This document shows, piece after piece, positions 49,201 through 54,902 of a stretch of DNA of 64,000 bases. The position numbers and the translations under genes are program-made. The stretch covers positions 128,001 to 192,000 of the forward strand of contig CAWANH010000028.1 in the NCBI GenBank assembly GCA_963783375.1, written 5' to 3'. The notes under the pieces are model-generated. The model saw nothing but the letters and a program-made list of their open reading frames with translations. It made no database searches and had not been told where the DNA came from. The stretch is from Candidatus Eiseniibacteriota bacterium. GTDB taxonomy: Bacteria; Eisenbacteria; RBG-16-71-46; JABDJR01. Within the stretch, counting starts at the first letter, position 1. Every line of letters starts with the position of its first letter.

Positions 49201-49425
49201 CAGCCAGAGCGCGGCGTTGGCCGGCCCGGTCCCAGGCCAGTAAACCGCGTCCACGAGCGCCGGTCCCTCCGACTTCGGCATGCCGTTGGGCTGCTTGGTC
49301 GGCGTGAACGCACCCAGCTTATCGATCGGCGGAACCGGCGCGGCGCCGGTCAGCGTCGCGATACCGATCGCAACCACCGCCGCCACCATGGCCAAAGCCA
49401 CCGTGTACCTTCTCCTCCAGTCCAT
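34231..49425 (-). CDS. giant (~5064 aa) secreted Ig-like repeat surface protein with Ca-binding motifs and FlgD-Ig/T9SS-like C-terminal domain
   Basis: AAGGAGGG before ATG 49425; N-terminal hydrophobic signal; about 20 A.D..GN-type Ig repeats; DxDxDG motifs; tail VVPNPFNP..AYDWAGDYV..WGGQTEDG..SNGVYLIRI..KLAIWNEK; double TAA stop. Confidence 0.88.
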   Translation of the reverse strand: MDWRRRYTVALAMVAAVVAIGIATLTGAAPVPPIDKLGAFTPTKQPNGMPKSEGPALVDAVYWPGTGPANAALWLVFDKEVDPATFQSDDLVFYRTGGADTLKSGLSFAYHQANSVAPTTGKYTNVLQVTGFPASGFTALSAVTDSVALRNPRRIPPYLGNELDDASRIPVKTGPAITRVEVQAGGAAAGLGSNTSDVLRVYFTHMITAGAVATGGNARNAFTFPELGTAGANPTITWAANNRYVDVNFTDNLAQLKIRSGITKVKLFGNGVFTGIRDNVAAGQNTPAQPNMSPRWAFTDNLGPHLLRAGYSASLGRLTLVFDDDIQIGVLAPLDTGVFTIGGGITYGAISSDDGDNVLVLTGLSANPVDSTITIADPTKVLDYQDLQALSGPAVTVEASPIIVMTNYHDGGAPLGLDFFTVWFDVPLTAAPDSTAFGSYGLDVTNQHVSWSPVSPNTANIGNTNSPHWNWTQGARVYLSGTPLSTGDGVNASPDSSFAWIRDANPPSQANIYFDFASVDDDTLFDHFHLDGQEDRAYALLFTRKNNGIQDSYVQNNLNAGRYTPIALPNPGEPNPNLVAVFPAGPGDMDTQGDTLSIGSSLYIAAVTVDAEGNVSDIQSLGNIIVGLPAPRDFVEGLDDDMIHIFGLDHAELTPGVHYACGDSGSAPPNANFVRVYADAGRTILLGSGVVDHTLGMDGAFGPIELAPENTAHSMLYFVSVQVVGNTEQESAGMTRILNDNFNPTLDTAFDPLNASMIYSGDDTLRVKARFFDPADSLDNDNAAVTTATAINNLLYGYADLSQYVTTAGGDSILITSLGANLVDDDHDWVDVAQPGAGNFPAFTANGRMDFPEPYVDENGDGVYTPGETFVDLNLTGYHAHLYDAGDQNLDANDTDEAGWYYFKYQLKTADLVADPNGLTNFAVLEDVPAILHFEDNAVRSNAADNSVYGDNATFTAYMNALSGGKGANFVSQLGAHCPSYSLEHRIVNDDGFLGVEDSQAPTVSEISYLERKADWTTATGGAAANIIEPGDHVYKLAAGDVGSFFNLADSTLSDDDVIFVGLQIASDTNDLDTYTWLTLDPAGDANGDGMPGIAEYDDDNDGGIDTLDVQVAAAMDTTLRKADHIDNDGDAFFRLNPINGQYIWFNVDESTSNGIDDDGDGVVDNAEEVENYTYANDDDEDGIMDGSAVRITVAAGQVISNPAYTYILVKGFNDPDNIANYDRTVGGSRPNNGKAPANFGPLASGDAVPGKPDVFGSATAGADTFAAPILALGGPNIISAQHQFNTDGLSPWVPTNYDGTAFAFNYRVQNGRNLNMKVLKSLYDLADGTEYRVRAVAYDWAHQGNANWAVPLRFEIDSTGPIVSIPPPPFDDVMDKDGDPTNGIQVCDVNTNGEPKEYTLEADLVSGDLNDVDHVDFQMWDGSAWSTIGSDYSAPFTLPWSYSEAPLGNNPPARQDTVYFRTIATDKFGNIEPQALCDSLFTAPDVPDTSCYELQLIITDCTAPWSCLCQIGSDYNPMDGAFVPVESAVDLSACFSDGDGDSTTNDVVRIEFQMRPVGSGTWQLIPSLTGVPVDTSGDGIPDVLVDVTGIKHPIIHTTGDTLVATVTWDTHGLPVGSYDLRAVAYDIEGNQNANMTCVATATVDDIALRAYVQPCVDGDTPSLKTLFANVYIHDTAVKRVEFQYTADIDGDGKPLPAASWTTIGIQNDPKGDVVLRAGTAHVEDLPGAVYGDLSGYRYYDVDGDGYNPVDPIYQTGAATYSGQTPVSGFEAGGIVPATGATLTAFAAHEYYADTEDDGLDAADWIMLDNRLNGSGDNNVDVWSTNWDVTGLNGCYAVRAVATDEFGNVDHDGLGGPDDVIWTEECCFDVNAPQFCVTGYIPAAGGAVIPLSYSPECPYVAPQDSLTFVATAVPGSESGDVSYVKFFYSTDGGYNWTSFAVDNIGPDWTGVFPYGEIPFVTDTQTNFKAVAYDSNGNFDDEPNACKACVVLGENTGPETDIVYIVTAEGDTLNANTVLRGTTNPFCLEPTTLYMLVTAEDSQTIERVELWYRKVAGNSPSDTTAWAIVPTPVMPDTTYPYEFTWDVSGLSDGVYQFFPRGYDINGNATPIFKNPYWFSLNSQTAHITSVSKNGIEVSSLTPGEEVVLRAELDDPNDNTGIAVNFYYAERVVGEMLSVSNAYPYTATADYSIWAHGATGQHGSETVWVNGTAAQWYSTADFAALTPGDKMAYTITGAGELEFGGPMAADDVVKLDYNITDCTLIASGDSVSPYSVAWDADSGGLVPVPNYSATTHYDLMASVYRTYNGYTPCGEDCVTEGFARPINDTAAPIFSVWGLDYRNDDLPGNPLCESVGGNDLVGDVGSSKSKLSGIEEQFFVTPSRLIDAGQAAGVTDAAIAFDDGSDWDSVTMRVGQGAAVNFTKLTGDTSITMPITLYIDDLADVAANGFSTKAVNPDSVENVTISVPGISVTNATMYDDGTNGDQVAGDGVYTYMATLPLDGTYAYTFSVDLYGDDQITNFADPRHSLSAISVPAELWYYSTTDPGALFGVNTLNAVTVTVADTSGNSSTNLMSGNGFGGALGQIWVTYDPTPEKVKSIWFSKTTVAPGSQLQVNVEAPDTGTPTADVIKLTSMIVQVSMDDLGTRWRTIYRDDVNQDSGPVFLNYDGGWGGTFTLPSWMNPLTDGIDNNRDGVTDDAAEAVYTYQVRAVTVDDCYNTGYSCSHPRAQTPPVCSEITVDAAVPQACLSWPQDGYIVALGDTIQMSATSSDTDIDYVQFEYSLNGGSSWNTIDCTPLNSDDPTWDADGSDGWSCTWDTSFLGQLLGSDFYVTLRARAVDMAGNDQGDDPLLACNRNIIVNDQTGPLSAITRFYSPCFPEDPQFDGNFKKPFDPTLALSHTVEVWGRATGWNSKDVATVVLQMAPEVDGAPGAWTTIGVDNALQTGPAPIQAIWSVDWDTDPVAEGTYYLRSYATDADGNVQGDTSDPRDGTPDDLPVVKVVVDHTAPDFMLTMVGPETLSGQDGDQDMPADPPVIRADLADKETGICPDLSREITFLAAATDVAGDTEAIDSMSLEFYDDVTNPENGVWRSLSGAQLLDGFEYRDAQGNDLNPDGKWQLTVDSVDALMSAMQSAAGSNLPSKVYRFRVRATDYACNTNEASPGVWLRLDAWDPEPLWIYAGNRQFEAGGGAEGNTVHVAGGDVVPLAASINDGLWFSYPSGEWPLNQDIKNQSSDHLVVQFSYRVGGGDSHVIGLGTLDDNNTPDGADDLWKIDWTTPTNLPGSTDSLYTIDVAVRDFAGNCGGDFAEDVVSVQDVTPPDDTQLEAVVSGDECSTYPLTPIVFGGQSVDGYGIDETVLAQSPNGAKTVGVVARTVELAAATPQGDASMDGGRVIFEGQWVTGAGQPAADAWIPIGDGECEYRCPDGLVLVPKPGVTDAASHQGPVWTISWDTKLLGADGKPVWYDPAVDGTEVWVRARAVDAWGNAESGEIAYYRLQVDNTAPTMTSVLANGQATSSVERNSKDGVLIEAKGGSTTDFVDNDLVVTFFYKLHSDLNADGSWIQLPGTAGIAPTNDNPDQTRPYAFHWDTNGYRDPDGKPLSPGMTYDISVAVSDLVCNSTSVVAHSELTGGEAQLTVADTQPPVATIVGLDRDLSGAACTTGEASFVENPDTLRINGVNQVWARILDGSTDTQDVKFWYRQVKPTTGAWEMADADVDMKDLDNIQTWVLYNWNTAGLVSGATYQMVAEAKDDAGNFMNHTTNTLPAIYIVVDRTGPTFTGIRPIAGNVIVPENVAGEGTVCDPDQRVADLIAQTADKDVDYKNSWNNCVTWEWKYSADEDVDSNWHSFQAMTMYDGFKTRYSSTADVLDLFGYNAYLVDWRIVASDVAGNTKTSIVAARTIVDNVDPDLEITHFHIVGHDPNGHETTIDPIDNNQITDVSAGDQILVYATADDDEPNIPGAGVNDSTGVAEVQFFVRPMVVTKGVTETPGQSYGAWQFLGTAGYDDALGLWGVRWNTTGLSEGQYEVKAQATDDAANCGDSHNIVTVTVRNVAVPLAQVSAFNPHLKGAISKSTIDRVYGLTFGEKEAATVFFQYRLAGVDGEPWTTIGTSTFTDVTLDMVARGEWLMPQDLWYAEFVTSNLDDTKQYELRAVAADAIPAKPGDATLMGLVPGQGGIKPLSGDTNVFGGLYDLQNTPTLTVQPMKDVFGRTYLEPVDMQLGYITDDPMVYVTGNIRQTGRVEVHTGFGWVAPFVAIVGEDGAGNIAEALPEMDPKTDDAQTWVGQMFKTSDFLSKLDPTRGAVLDVYATAHKQRTSSDTHAPYTDMKMNSIIFHQVTPNRGSNGIAGVNGNGANDAFAVEVPASAYSHDYGLLIKPTDMPTTPPWQDRYIDTIGQAYRTSLHTSTWEVTDGVNAHAGYEATLWVTVASNLLHHADGSAINPMKLTVRRWDGHAWDGKNITNVVVTPNVSGEDTTSYTIRFKSKQISPAIWAVVATDKAAPVEISASPAWSGYTDQDPILRGILRSPGSGIDSGSFEFYLDGKLVYSSYEDWFLYPGSEFDWEYASQDDQTVGWEYRHTCDNNDALKEGPHTAKIVFKDDQGNTVGDDYTFDFNVDRTAPYIEFHGGFVGSPLLKFAAGYTNLDQNILTVKMYDGGSGLLFREDRIDDYTSNGSDYCEQENAEELCEVYGAYGMDCDEILPGDGGFKYDVWVIDDCQTCGTGSQSDIDNIEERTLIYTGTADALAPYITPSLDTYQPGDTLSVPLAVLTGGHRIHDGAVLEIVLYSDRLIMQGGEPTISAELQAALDKMAAFGPIKFDAAGQEYVVYTRGVMDNVFNAGSRYVEQRFLVDLTAPTVVPSSPGVVCGGGEPGTPVIQSTSYTFTASFVDGGSGVQTDPAPTVKVTAPDGSTPTVEEMNIDSSGISFKITNGGNLLMTGTYVVTISGQDKLGNKFSSTCSFQIGGNVVQVLGAKVVPNPFNPMTGTDAQIMFNLNKPADVEVTAYDWAGDYVATIFKGTKGIGPVNIAWGGQTEDGRDLSNGVYLIRIVVNDGSRQEPRVLKLAIWNEK

Positions 49426-50275
49426 TCCAGCACCCTCCTTGTTGGACACCTCTCCTCCGTCGTCCAGCCTCTTCCGTCTCCCCGAACCGAGAAGACCTCG
49501 TTTCCTGTTTGAACTCGGTGAATTCGTCGGTTTCACTTGCACCTCCCTGCGGCTGAACGGAGGACGTGACGCAAACATCTCTCGAAAACCCTCGCCTCGT
49601 CGCGTGACAAGCCGTCTGTTACTGCCAAAAACACACAAAGGGATCTACGCATAGCTCTCAGTCCCATCGTCTGGCGCTGTCCGTCCAAGCCAGCCGTCCA
49701 CGATGCCGAAAGTAACGCAGATCCCTGTTAGCCGAGGTGAAACTGCAGTTGTCGCTTACTTCGGTCGTTTCGCGTGAGTGCCGTTACCTTCCGCCCTCAT
49801 GCAACGAAGTGGAAAAGCGAGTGCGCCTTTCCTCGTCGCAGGTGCCGGCCTGACTTCACCTCCTGTAAATCGAGTGACTCCAAAGAGTATTCGTTCCGCT
49901 ACCGGAACACGTGTCGGAGAATAAGGCAGCCCCCCGCAGTTGTGTCAACACAAAAGGCTCCAAGCCGCCGACCGGTTCGGTCGGGTTTGGAGTCATCACA
50001 GGCTGGACCTCGCCCAGGCGCCCACAGGGCACACTACGGCCGAGGTGATGGGGTCCGGAGACCTAAGCACAGCCCTCCCTTGTGCAGACAATACGGTTTC
50101 CCCCCCAGGGGAAGAATCTTCCGATTCAGGGTGCCTCTCCTCATCACGACATAGTTCGCGGCTTCGAACTGCATCGTGAGCCTACGTGATCGGCATCCGA
50201 ACCTGGAACTTGAGCCCGACCCTGGGGAGCCGTCAAGGGGGAAAATGAAAAAAACCCAAACCTTGGAGAGCGGGG

Positions 50276-51346
50276 TCAGACGCTGAAACGAATGTTCAGG
50301 ATGTCGCCGTCCTTGACCGCGTACTCCTTGCCCTCCACCGTCAGCTGGTGCCGGGCCTTGGCCTCCGCCACCCCCCCCGCAGCCAGAAGATCTTCCGCAG
50401 CAACGACTTCCGCGCGGATAAACCCTCGCTCCAGGTCGCTGTGGATCTTCCCCGCCGCCGCCTGGGCCCGGGTCCCCCGGGTGATGTTCCAGGCCCGCAC
50501 CTCATCCTCGCCCACGGTGAAGAACGAACAGAGGCCCAAAAGCTCGTAACTCTTTCGGATGACTTGATCGAGCCCCGATTCGGCGATGCCGAGAAGCTCC
50601 ATGAACTCCCGGGCCTCGGCCGGGCCGAGTTCCGCGATTTCCATCTCCGCCTTGCCGCAGATCTCCAGGACCGCCGTCCCCGGACGGGCCTCGACGCTTT
50701 CCGCCAGGCCCGCGCCTCCGGCCCGATCGTCTCCCACGTTGAACACGATGAGCAGCGGCTTGGCGGTGAGAAGCTGATAGCCCCGCAACAGGCGGTTCGC
50801 TTCGGCGTCCAGTTCCAGCTCGCGGAGGGGCGTCCCCTCCTCGAGCGCGGCCAGACAACGCTCGAGCACCGGAAGCTCGTCGGCATCCTGCTTCGCGCCG
50901 ACCTGCTTGGCCTTGCGCACCCGCTCCAGCCTGCCTTCCAATACCGCCATGTCCTTGAGCGCCAGCTCGTCCAGGAACCCGGTCAGGTCGCGGAGCGGAT
51001 CCACCGAATCCCGGGGGTGCGGCACCGCCGGATCCTCGAACGCGCGCACCACCAGCAGGATGAGATCGGAGCTGGTGATCTGCTGGGGGAGCAGCGCCCC
51101 GTCCTTGTCCCGCCCCGAACCCGGCGCCCCGGCCAGGTCCACGAATTCAATACGGGCCGGGGTGAACTTCTTGGGTTTGAACATATCCCGGAGGGCCTCG
51201 AGGCGCGCGTCCGGGACCTCCACGGTCCCCACGTTGATCCCGCCGGCGGCCGAGGCGTAGGCCCCGGTGGCCGCGTGGGCTCGCGCGAGAACATTGAACA
51301 GGGTGGTCTTTCCGCTCTGGGGATAGCCGAGAATGCCGGTCCGCAA
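50276..51346 (-). CDS. ychF: redox-regulated ATPase/GTPase YchF
   Basis: GILGYPQSGKTT, VEVPDARL, FVDLAG, FFTVGEDEVRAW, AAGKIHSDLERGFIRAEV. Confidence 0.95.
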   Translation of the reverse strand: MRTGILGYPQSGKTTLFNVLARAHAATGAYASAAGGINVGTVEVPDARLEALRDMFKPKKFTPARIEFVDLAGAPGSGRDKDGALLPQQITSSDLILLVVRAFEDPAVPHPRDSVDPLRDLTGFLDELALKDMAVLEGRLERVRKAKQVGAKQDADELPVLERCLAALEEGTPLRELELDAEANRLLRGYQLLTAKPLLIVFNVGDDRAGGAGLAESVEARPGTAVLEICGKAEMEIAELGPAEAREFMELLGIAESGLDQVIRKSYELLGLCSFFTVGEDEVRAWNITRGTRAQAAAGKIHSDLERGFIRAEVVAAEDLLAAGGVAEAKARHQLTVEGKEYAVKDGDILNIRFSV

Positions 51347-51459
51347 GAAGTCCTACCTCCGTGCCCCGCACCGGCGCAGGTGCTCGCCCCGCCGAGGCCA
51401 CGCTCGGGCCGGTTGCGGGTCCCCCGCCGGACAGGATTGCCCGCGCCGGTCCGAAAAAA

Positions 51460-51535
51460 TGGTGAGCCGTGCTGGGATCGAACCAGCGACCCTCTGCTTA
51501 AAAGGCAGATGCTCTACCAACTGAGCTAACGGCTC
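51460..51535 (-). tRNA. tRNA-Lys (anticodon UUU)
   Basis: GAGCCGTTAGCTCAGTTGGTAGAGCATCTGCC-TTTTAA-GCAGAGGGTCGCTGGTTCGATCCCAGCACGGCTCACCA, 76 nt with encoded CCA. Confidence 0.97.
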
Positions 51536-51658
51536 ACCGAAAAATCCTACCTCCGCCGTCGCCGCGGGCGGCCCCCGGGCCACGCCGCTCGTTCTTCCGA
51601 GGCCCCGACGGGCCCGCCGGCGACCACGCCGAACCGGCCGCGCGCGGCGGGCTCGCCG

Positions 51659-52927
51659 TCAGGGAAGCGCGACGGTCTGCTCCCGGGCCTGGCCCACGGA
51701 GACCATGGCGATCCGCGCCCCGGCGATCTCCTCCACACGGGTGAGAAAGGTCCGCGCGGCCTCGGGGAGATCCCCGGGAGTCCGGGCCGAGCCCAGGGGC
51801 TCGGACCATCCCGGAAGCTCCTCGTACACCGGCTGAGCGCGCTCCAGGGGGCCGATCCGGCCGGGGAACTCCGTGATCAGCTCGTCCCCCACGCGGTAGG
51901 CCACCGCCACCCGCACCACCGGTTGGCCCGAAAGCACGTCGAGCTTGGTCACGACCAGGGAGTCGAGCCCGTTCACCCGGACCGCGTAGCGCAGGGCCAG
52001 CCCGTCCAGCCATCCGCAGCGGCGGGGCCGCCCGGTGGTGGCGCCGAATTCCGCCCCCTGATCGCGCAGGAGCGCCCCCGGCTCGCCGTGAAGCTCGGTG
52101 GGGAACGGTCCAAGGCCGACCCGGGTCGAATAGGCCTTGGTCACCCCGATCACCTCGTCGATCAGGCGCGGCCCCAGGCCGCTCCCGGTGCATGCCCCGC
52201 CCGCCCCGGCGTTGGAGGAGGTGACGAAGGGGTAGGTTCCCAGGTCCACGTCGAGGAGGGTCCCCTGGGCCCCTTCCAGGAGGATCCGGCGGCCCTCGGC
52301 GGCCGCCCGCCCCAGGTAGAGCCCGGTGTCGCTTACCAGGGGCGCGAGGCGCTCCCGATAGGGTCCGAGGGCGGTTTCCACCGCCTCGGGATCCACCGCT
52401 TCATGGGGCAGGGCCGGCACGGTGCGCTCCCGCCAGGTCCGCTGTCGGGTCAGGGAGTCCAGGAAGCGCTCCCGGTCCAGGAACTCCCCCACCGTGGTGC
52501 CGATGCGGGCCATCTTGTCCCGGTAGGCGGGACCGATCCCCCTGAGGGTGGTCCCCACCGCTCCCGGGCCCTTCTCCTCGTGCTCCTCCATCGCCCGGTG
52601 GGCGGGCAGGATGAGGTGGGCGCGCTCGCTCACCCACACCCGTCCCGGCCAGTCCACCCCGCGCCCGGCCAGGGCGTCCAGCTCCCCGAAGAGACCCTCG
52701 AGGTTGATCACCACCCCGTTGCCCAGCAAGCAGACGCGGCCGGGGTGGAGGATCCCCGAGGGCACGAGGTGAAGGACGGTGGTCTGGCCGTTCACCACCA
52801 CGGTGTGCCCGGCGTTGGGGCCGCCCTGGTAGCGCACCACGACGTCGGCCTCGTCGCTCAGGAGATCGACGATCTTGCCCTTGCCTTCATCGCCCCACTG
52901 GGCGCCCAATACGACGCGGACGGACAT
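51659..52927 (-). CDS. purA: adenylosuccinate synthetase
   Basis: GAQWGDEGKGK, GGPNAGHT, GATTGRPRRCGWLD; start ATG 52927. Confidence 0.97.
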   Translation of the reverse strand: MSVRVVLGAQWGDEGKGKIVDLLSDEADVVVRYQGGPNAGHTVVVNGQTTVLHLVPSGILHPGRVCLLGNGVVINLEGLFGELDALAGRGVDWPGRVWVSERAHLILPAHRAMEEHEEKGPGAVGTTLRGIGPAYRDKMARIGTTVGEFLDRERFLDSLTRQRTWRERTVPALPHEAVDPEAVETALGPYRERLAPLVSDTGLYLGRAAAEGRRILLEGAQGTLLDVDLGTYPFVTSSNAGAGGACTGSGLGPRLIDEVIGVTKAYSTRVGLGPFPTELHGEPGALLRDQGAEFGATTGRPRRCGWLDGLALRYAVRVNGLDSLVVTKLDVLSGQPVVRVAVAYRVGDELITEFPGRIGPLERAQPVYEELPGWSEPLGSARTPGDLPEAARTFLTRVEEIAGARIAMVSVGQAREQTVALP

Positions 52928-52982
52928 GCCGGATCCTTGATGAGGGTGTGGGAACGGGGACGGTATCCGCACGCGGGCGGGC

Positions 52983-53013
52983 AAAAAAAAGCCGAGAGCC
53001 CGCGACTCCCTGC
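52983..53013 (-). terminator. intrinsic terminator between serA and purA
   Basis: Minus strand GCAGGGAGTC-GCG-GGCTCTCGGC followed by T8. Confidence 0.6.
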
Positions 53014-53165
53014 CGGAAAAACGCGCGGAGAAGGGTATCAGGCAGGGGGGTAGGGGTCAACCGCACCCGGGCGACCGCGGCGCCCGCTCCGCCCGGTGAA
53101 TTCCGGGGCGCCACCGCGCCCGAGCCCCGGGAAACCGCCCCCGGACGCCCGCCGTGCCCGACTCC

Positions 53166-54770
53166 TCAGGGGAGCCGCACCCGCTCCGCCCAGTTCACCT
53201 TGGGATGGCGCCGCAGGCTCTCGAGGACGGTGTCGGACATCGGCGAGTCGAGGTTCAACAGGGTGTACGCCTCGCCGATTCCGGGATCGCGCCCCCAGGC
53301 GATGTGGGCGATGTTGACCCCGGCATCGCCGAGGAGGGTTCCGATCGCGCCCACCACGCCGGGCACGTCGGGGTTGGAGAGGATCAGGATGTCGCCGGTG
53401 GCCGGGGCGTCGAGCCCCAGCCCCTCCCAGCGGGCTAGCCGGAGGTTCCCGGCCGCGGTCACCACCCCGGCCACCACCGCCGAGCGGACCGCCCCCTCCA
53501 CCGAGACCTCGATCAGGCCGGCATGGTCCCCGGCTTCCCCGGAGGCCCGATCCTCCACCGTGATGCCGAGTTCAGCGGCGGTGAGGCGGGCGTTCACGTA
53601 GTTGACCCCGCCCCCGCCTCGAACCGTTCCCAGGAGTCCCACCAGGACGGCGGAGACCACCGGGGTGCGGGGAAGCTCGGTGCAGTCGCCGCGGAAGTGC
53701 GCCACGGCCCGGGTGAAGGGCGCACCGGCGATCTGGGCGGCGAGGCTACCCAGCCGCTCGGACAGCTCCAGGTAGGGCCGCACCTGCGCGTAGAGCTCGG
53801 CGCTCAAGGCGGGGAGGTTGACCGCGTTCCGCACCTCGCCCCCCAGGAAGAAGTCGCGCACCTGGCCGGCGACCAGGACCGCCACCTGCTCCTGGGCCTC
53901 CTCGGTGGAGGCGCCCAGATGCGGGGTGGCCACGACCTTGGGGTGCCCGATCAGGGGATTTCCGGTGGGGGGCTCGGCCTCGAACACGTCGAGGGCGGCC
54001 CCGGCCAGCGCCCCCGACTCCAGCGCCGCGTGGAGCGCGGTCTCGTCAACCAGCCCCCCCCGGGCGCAGTTCACCAGCACCGCGGTGGGCTTCATCGCCG
54101 CCAGCTCCGCCTCCCCGATCAGGTGGCGGGTCTCGGCGGTCAGGGGGCTGTGGAGGCTCACCACGTCGGCCCGGGCCAGGAGCTCAGGGAGATCCACCTT
54201 GCGGGCGTCGTGCTCGGCGGCCAAGGGCTCGGTCACGAACGGATCGGCGGCGAGGACCGACATGCCGAAGGACCGGGCCCGCGCTCCCACCTCGCGCCCG
54301 ATGCGGCCGAACCCGACCAGACCCAGGACCTTGCCCTGAAGCTCGCGTCCCAGGTAGCGCTTCCGGCTCCAGTTGCCTTGGGCCAGGTCCCGGTGGGCGG
54401 CGGGAACGTTCCGGAAGAGGGCGAGCATGAGCGCGAGGGTGTGCTCGGTGGCGGCGATGGAGTTCCCGCCCGGGGTGTTCATGACCGCGACCCCGCTCCG
54501 GGTGGCGGCGGGAACGTCGATGTTGTCCACGCCGGTTCCCGCCCGCCCCACCACGCGGAGCCTGGGGGCGGCGGCCAGGACCTCCGCGGTAACCCGGGTC
54601 CCGCTCCGGACCAGGAGGGCGTGGGCCTCGGCCACTTCCCGCAACAGGTCGTCGCCGGCCACCCCTGGACGCACCCGGAGATCGAACGCGGGCTCGGCGG
54701 CCAGAACGGCTAGCCCCTCGGGGGCCAGCGAATCGGTGACCAGGATGACGTATCGCTCGGATCTCTCCAC
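53166..54770 (-). CDS. serA: D-3-phosphoglycerate dehydrogenase (long form, ASB+ACT domains)
   Basis: GRAGTGVDNID, GLVGFGRIG, VNCARGGLVDE, TPHLGASTEEAQ, DVPGVVGAIG; start approximate. Confidence 0.95.
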   Translation of the reverse strand: MERSERYVILVTDSLAPEGLAVLAAEPAFDLRVRPGVAGDDLLREVAEAHALLVRSGTRVTAEVLAAAPRLRVVGRAGTGVDNIDVPAATRSGVAVMNTPGGNSIAATEHTLALMLALFRNVPAAHRDLAQGNWSRKRYLGRELQGKVLGLVGFGRIGREVGARARSFGMSVLAADPFVTEPLAAEHDARKVDLPELLARADVVSLHSPLTAETRHLIGEAELAAMKPTAVLVNCARGGLVDETALHAALESGALAGAALDVFEAEPPTGNPLIGHPKVVATPHLGASTEEAQEQVAVLVAGQVRDFFLGGEVRNAVNLPALSAELYAQVRPYLELSERLGSLAAQIAGAPFTRAVAHFRGDCTELPRTPVVSAVLVGLLGTVRGGGGVNYVNARLTAAELGITVEDRASGEAGDHAGLIEVSVEGAVRSAVVAGVVTAAGNLRLARWEGLGLDAPATGDILILSNPDVPGVVGAIGTLLGDAGVNIAHIAWGRDPGIGEAYTLLNLDSPMSDTVLESLRRHPKVNWAERVRLP

Positions 54771-54902
54771 GGCGCGACGGACTCCTTCCTCCGGTGGTCG
54801 GCTGAACACCGGCTGCTGGGTTTCAGCGGACGTCCCGACGGCGGGCCATGCGTTTCGGTGGACGGTCCGCCTCCGCGGGCGGGCCGGTCCGTCCGCGCGC
54901 GG

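Noticed and set aside
32710-49512. 5600-aa plus-strand ORF antisense to the giant gene and PorV-OmpA
   Set aside because: Codon-aligned shadow frame: antisense stops need sense TTA/CTA/TCA codons, which are rare in this GC-rich coding style. The translation is V/R/G/H-rich with no motifs, while the minus strand has clear signals and domains.
49426-50275. Known riboswitch (c-di-GMP-I) or housekeeping RNA (tmRNA, RNase P, SRP) upstream of the giant gene
   Set aside because: I could not find their conserved cores by eye; kept only as an unassigned structured region.
32503-51535. Giant-gene region as a tRNA-Lys-integrated mobile island
   Set aside because: No integrase or transposase, no duplicated tRNA 3' end noticed, and housekeeping ychF lies between the tRNA and the locus.
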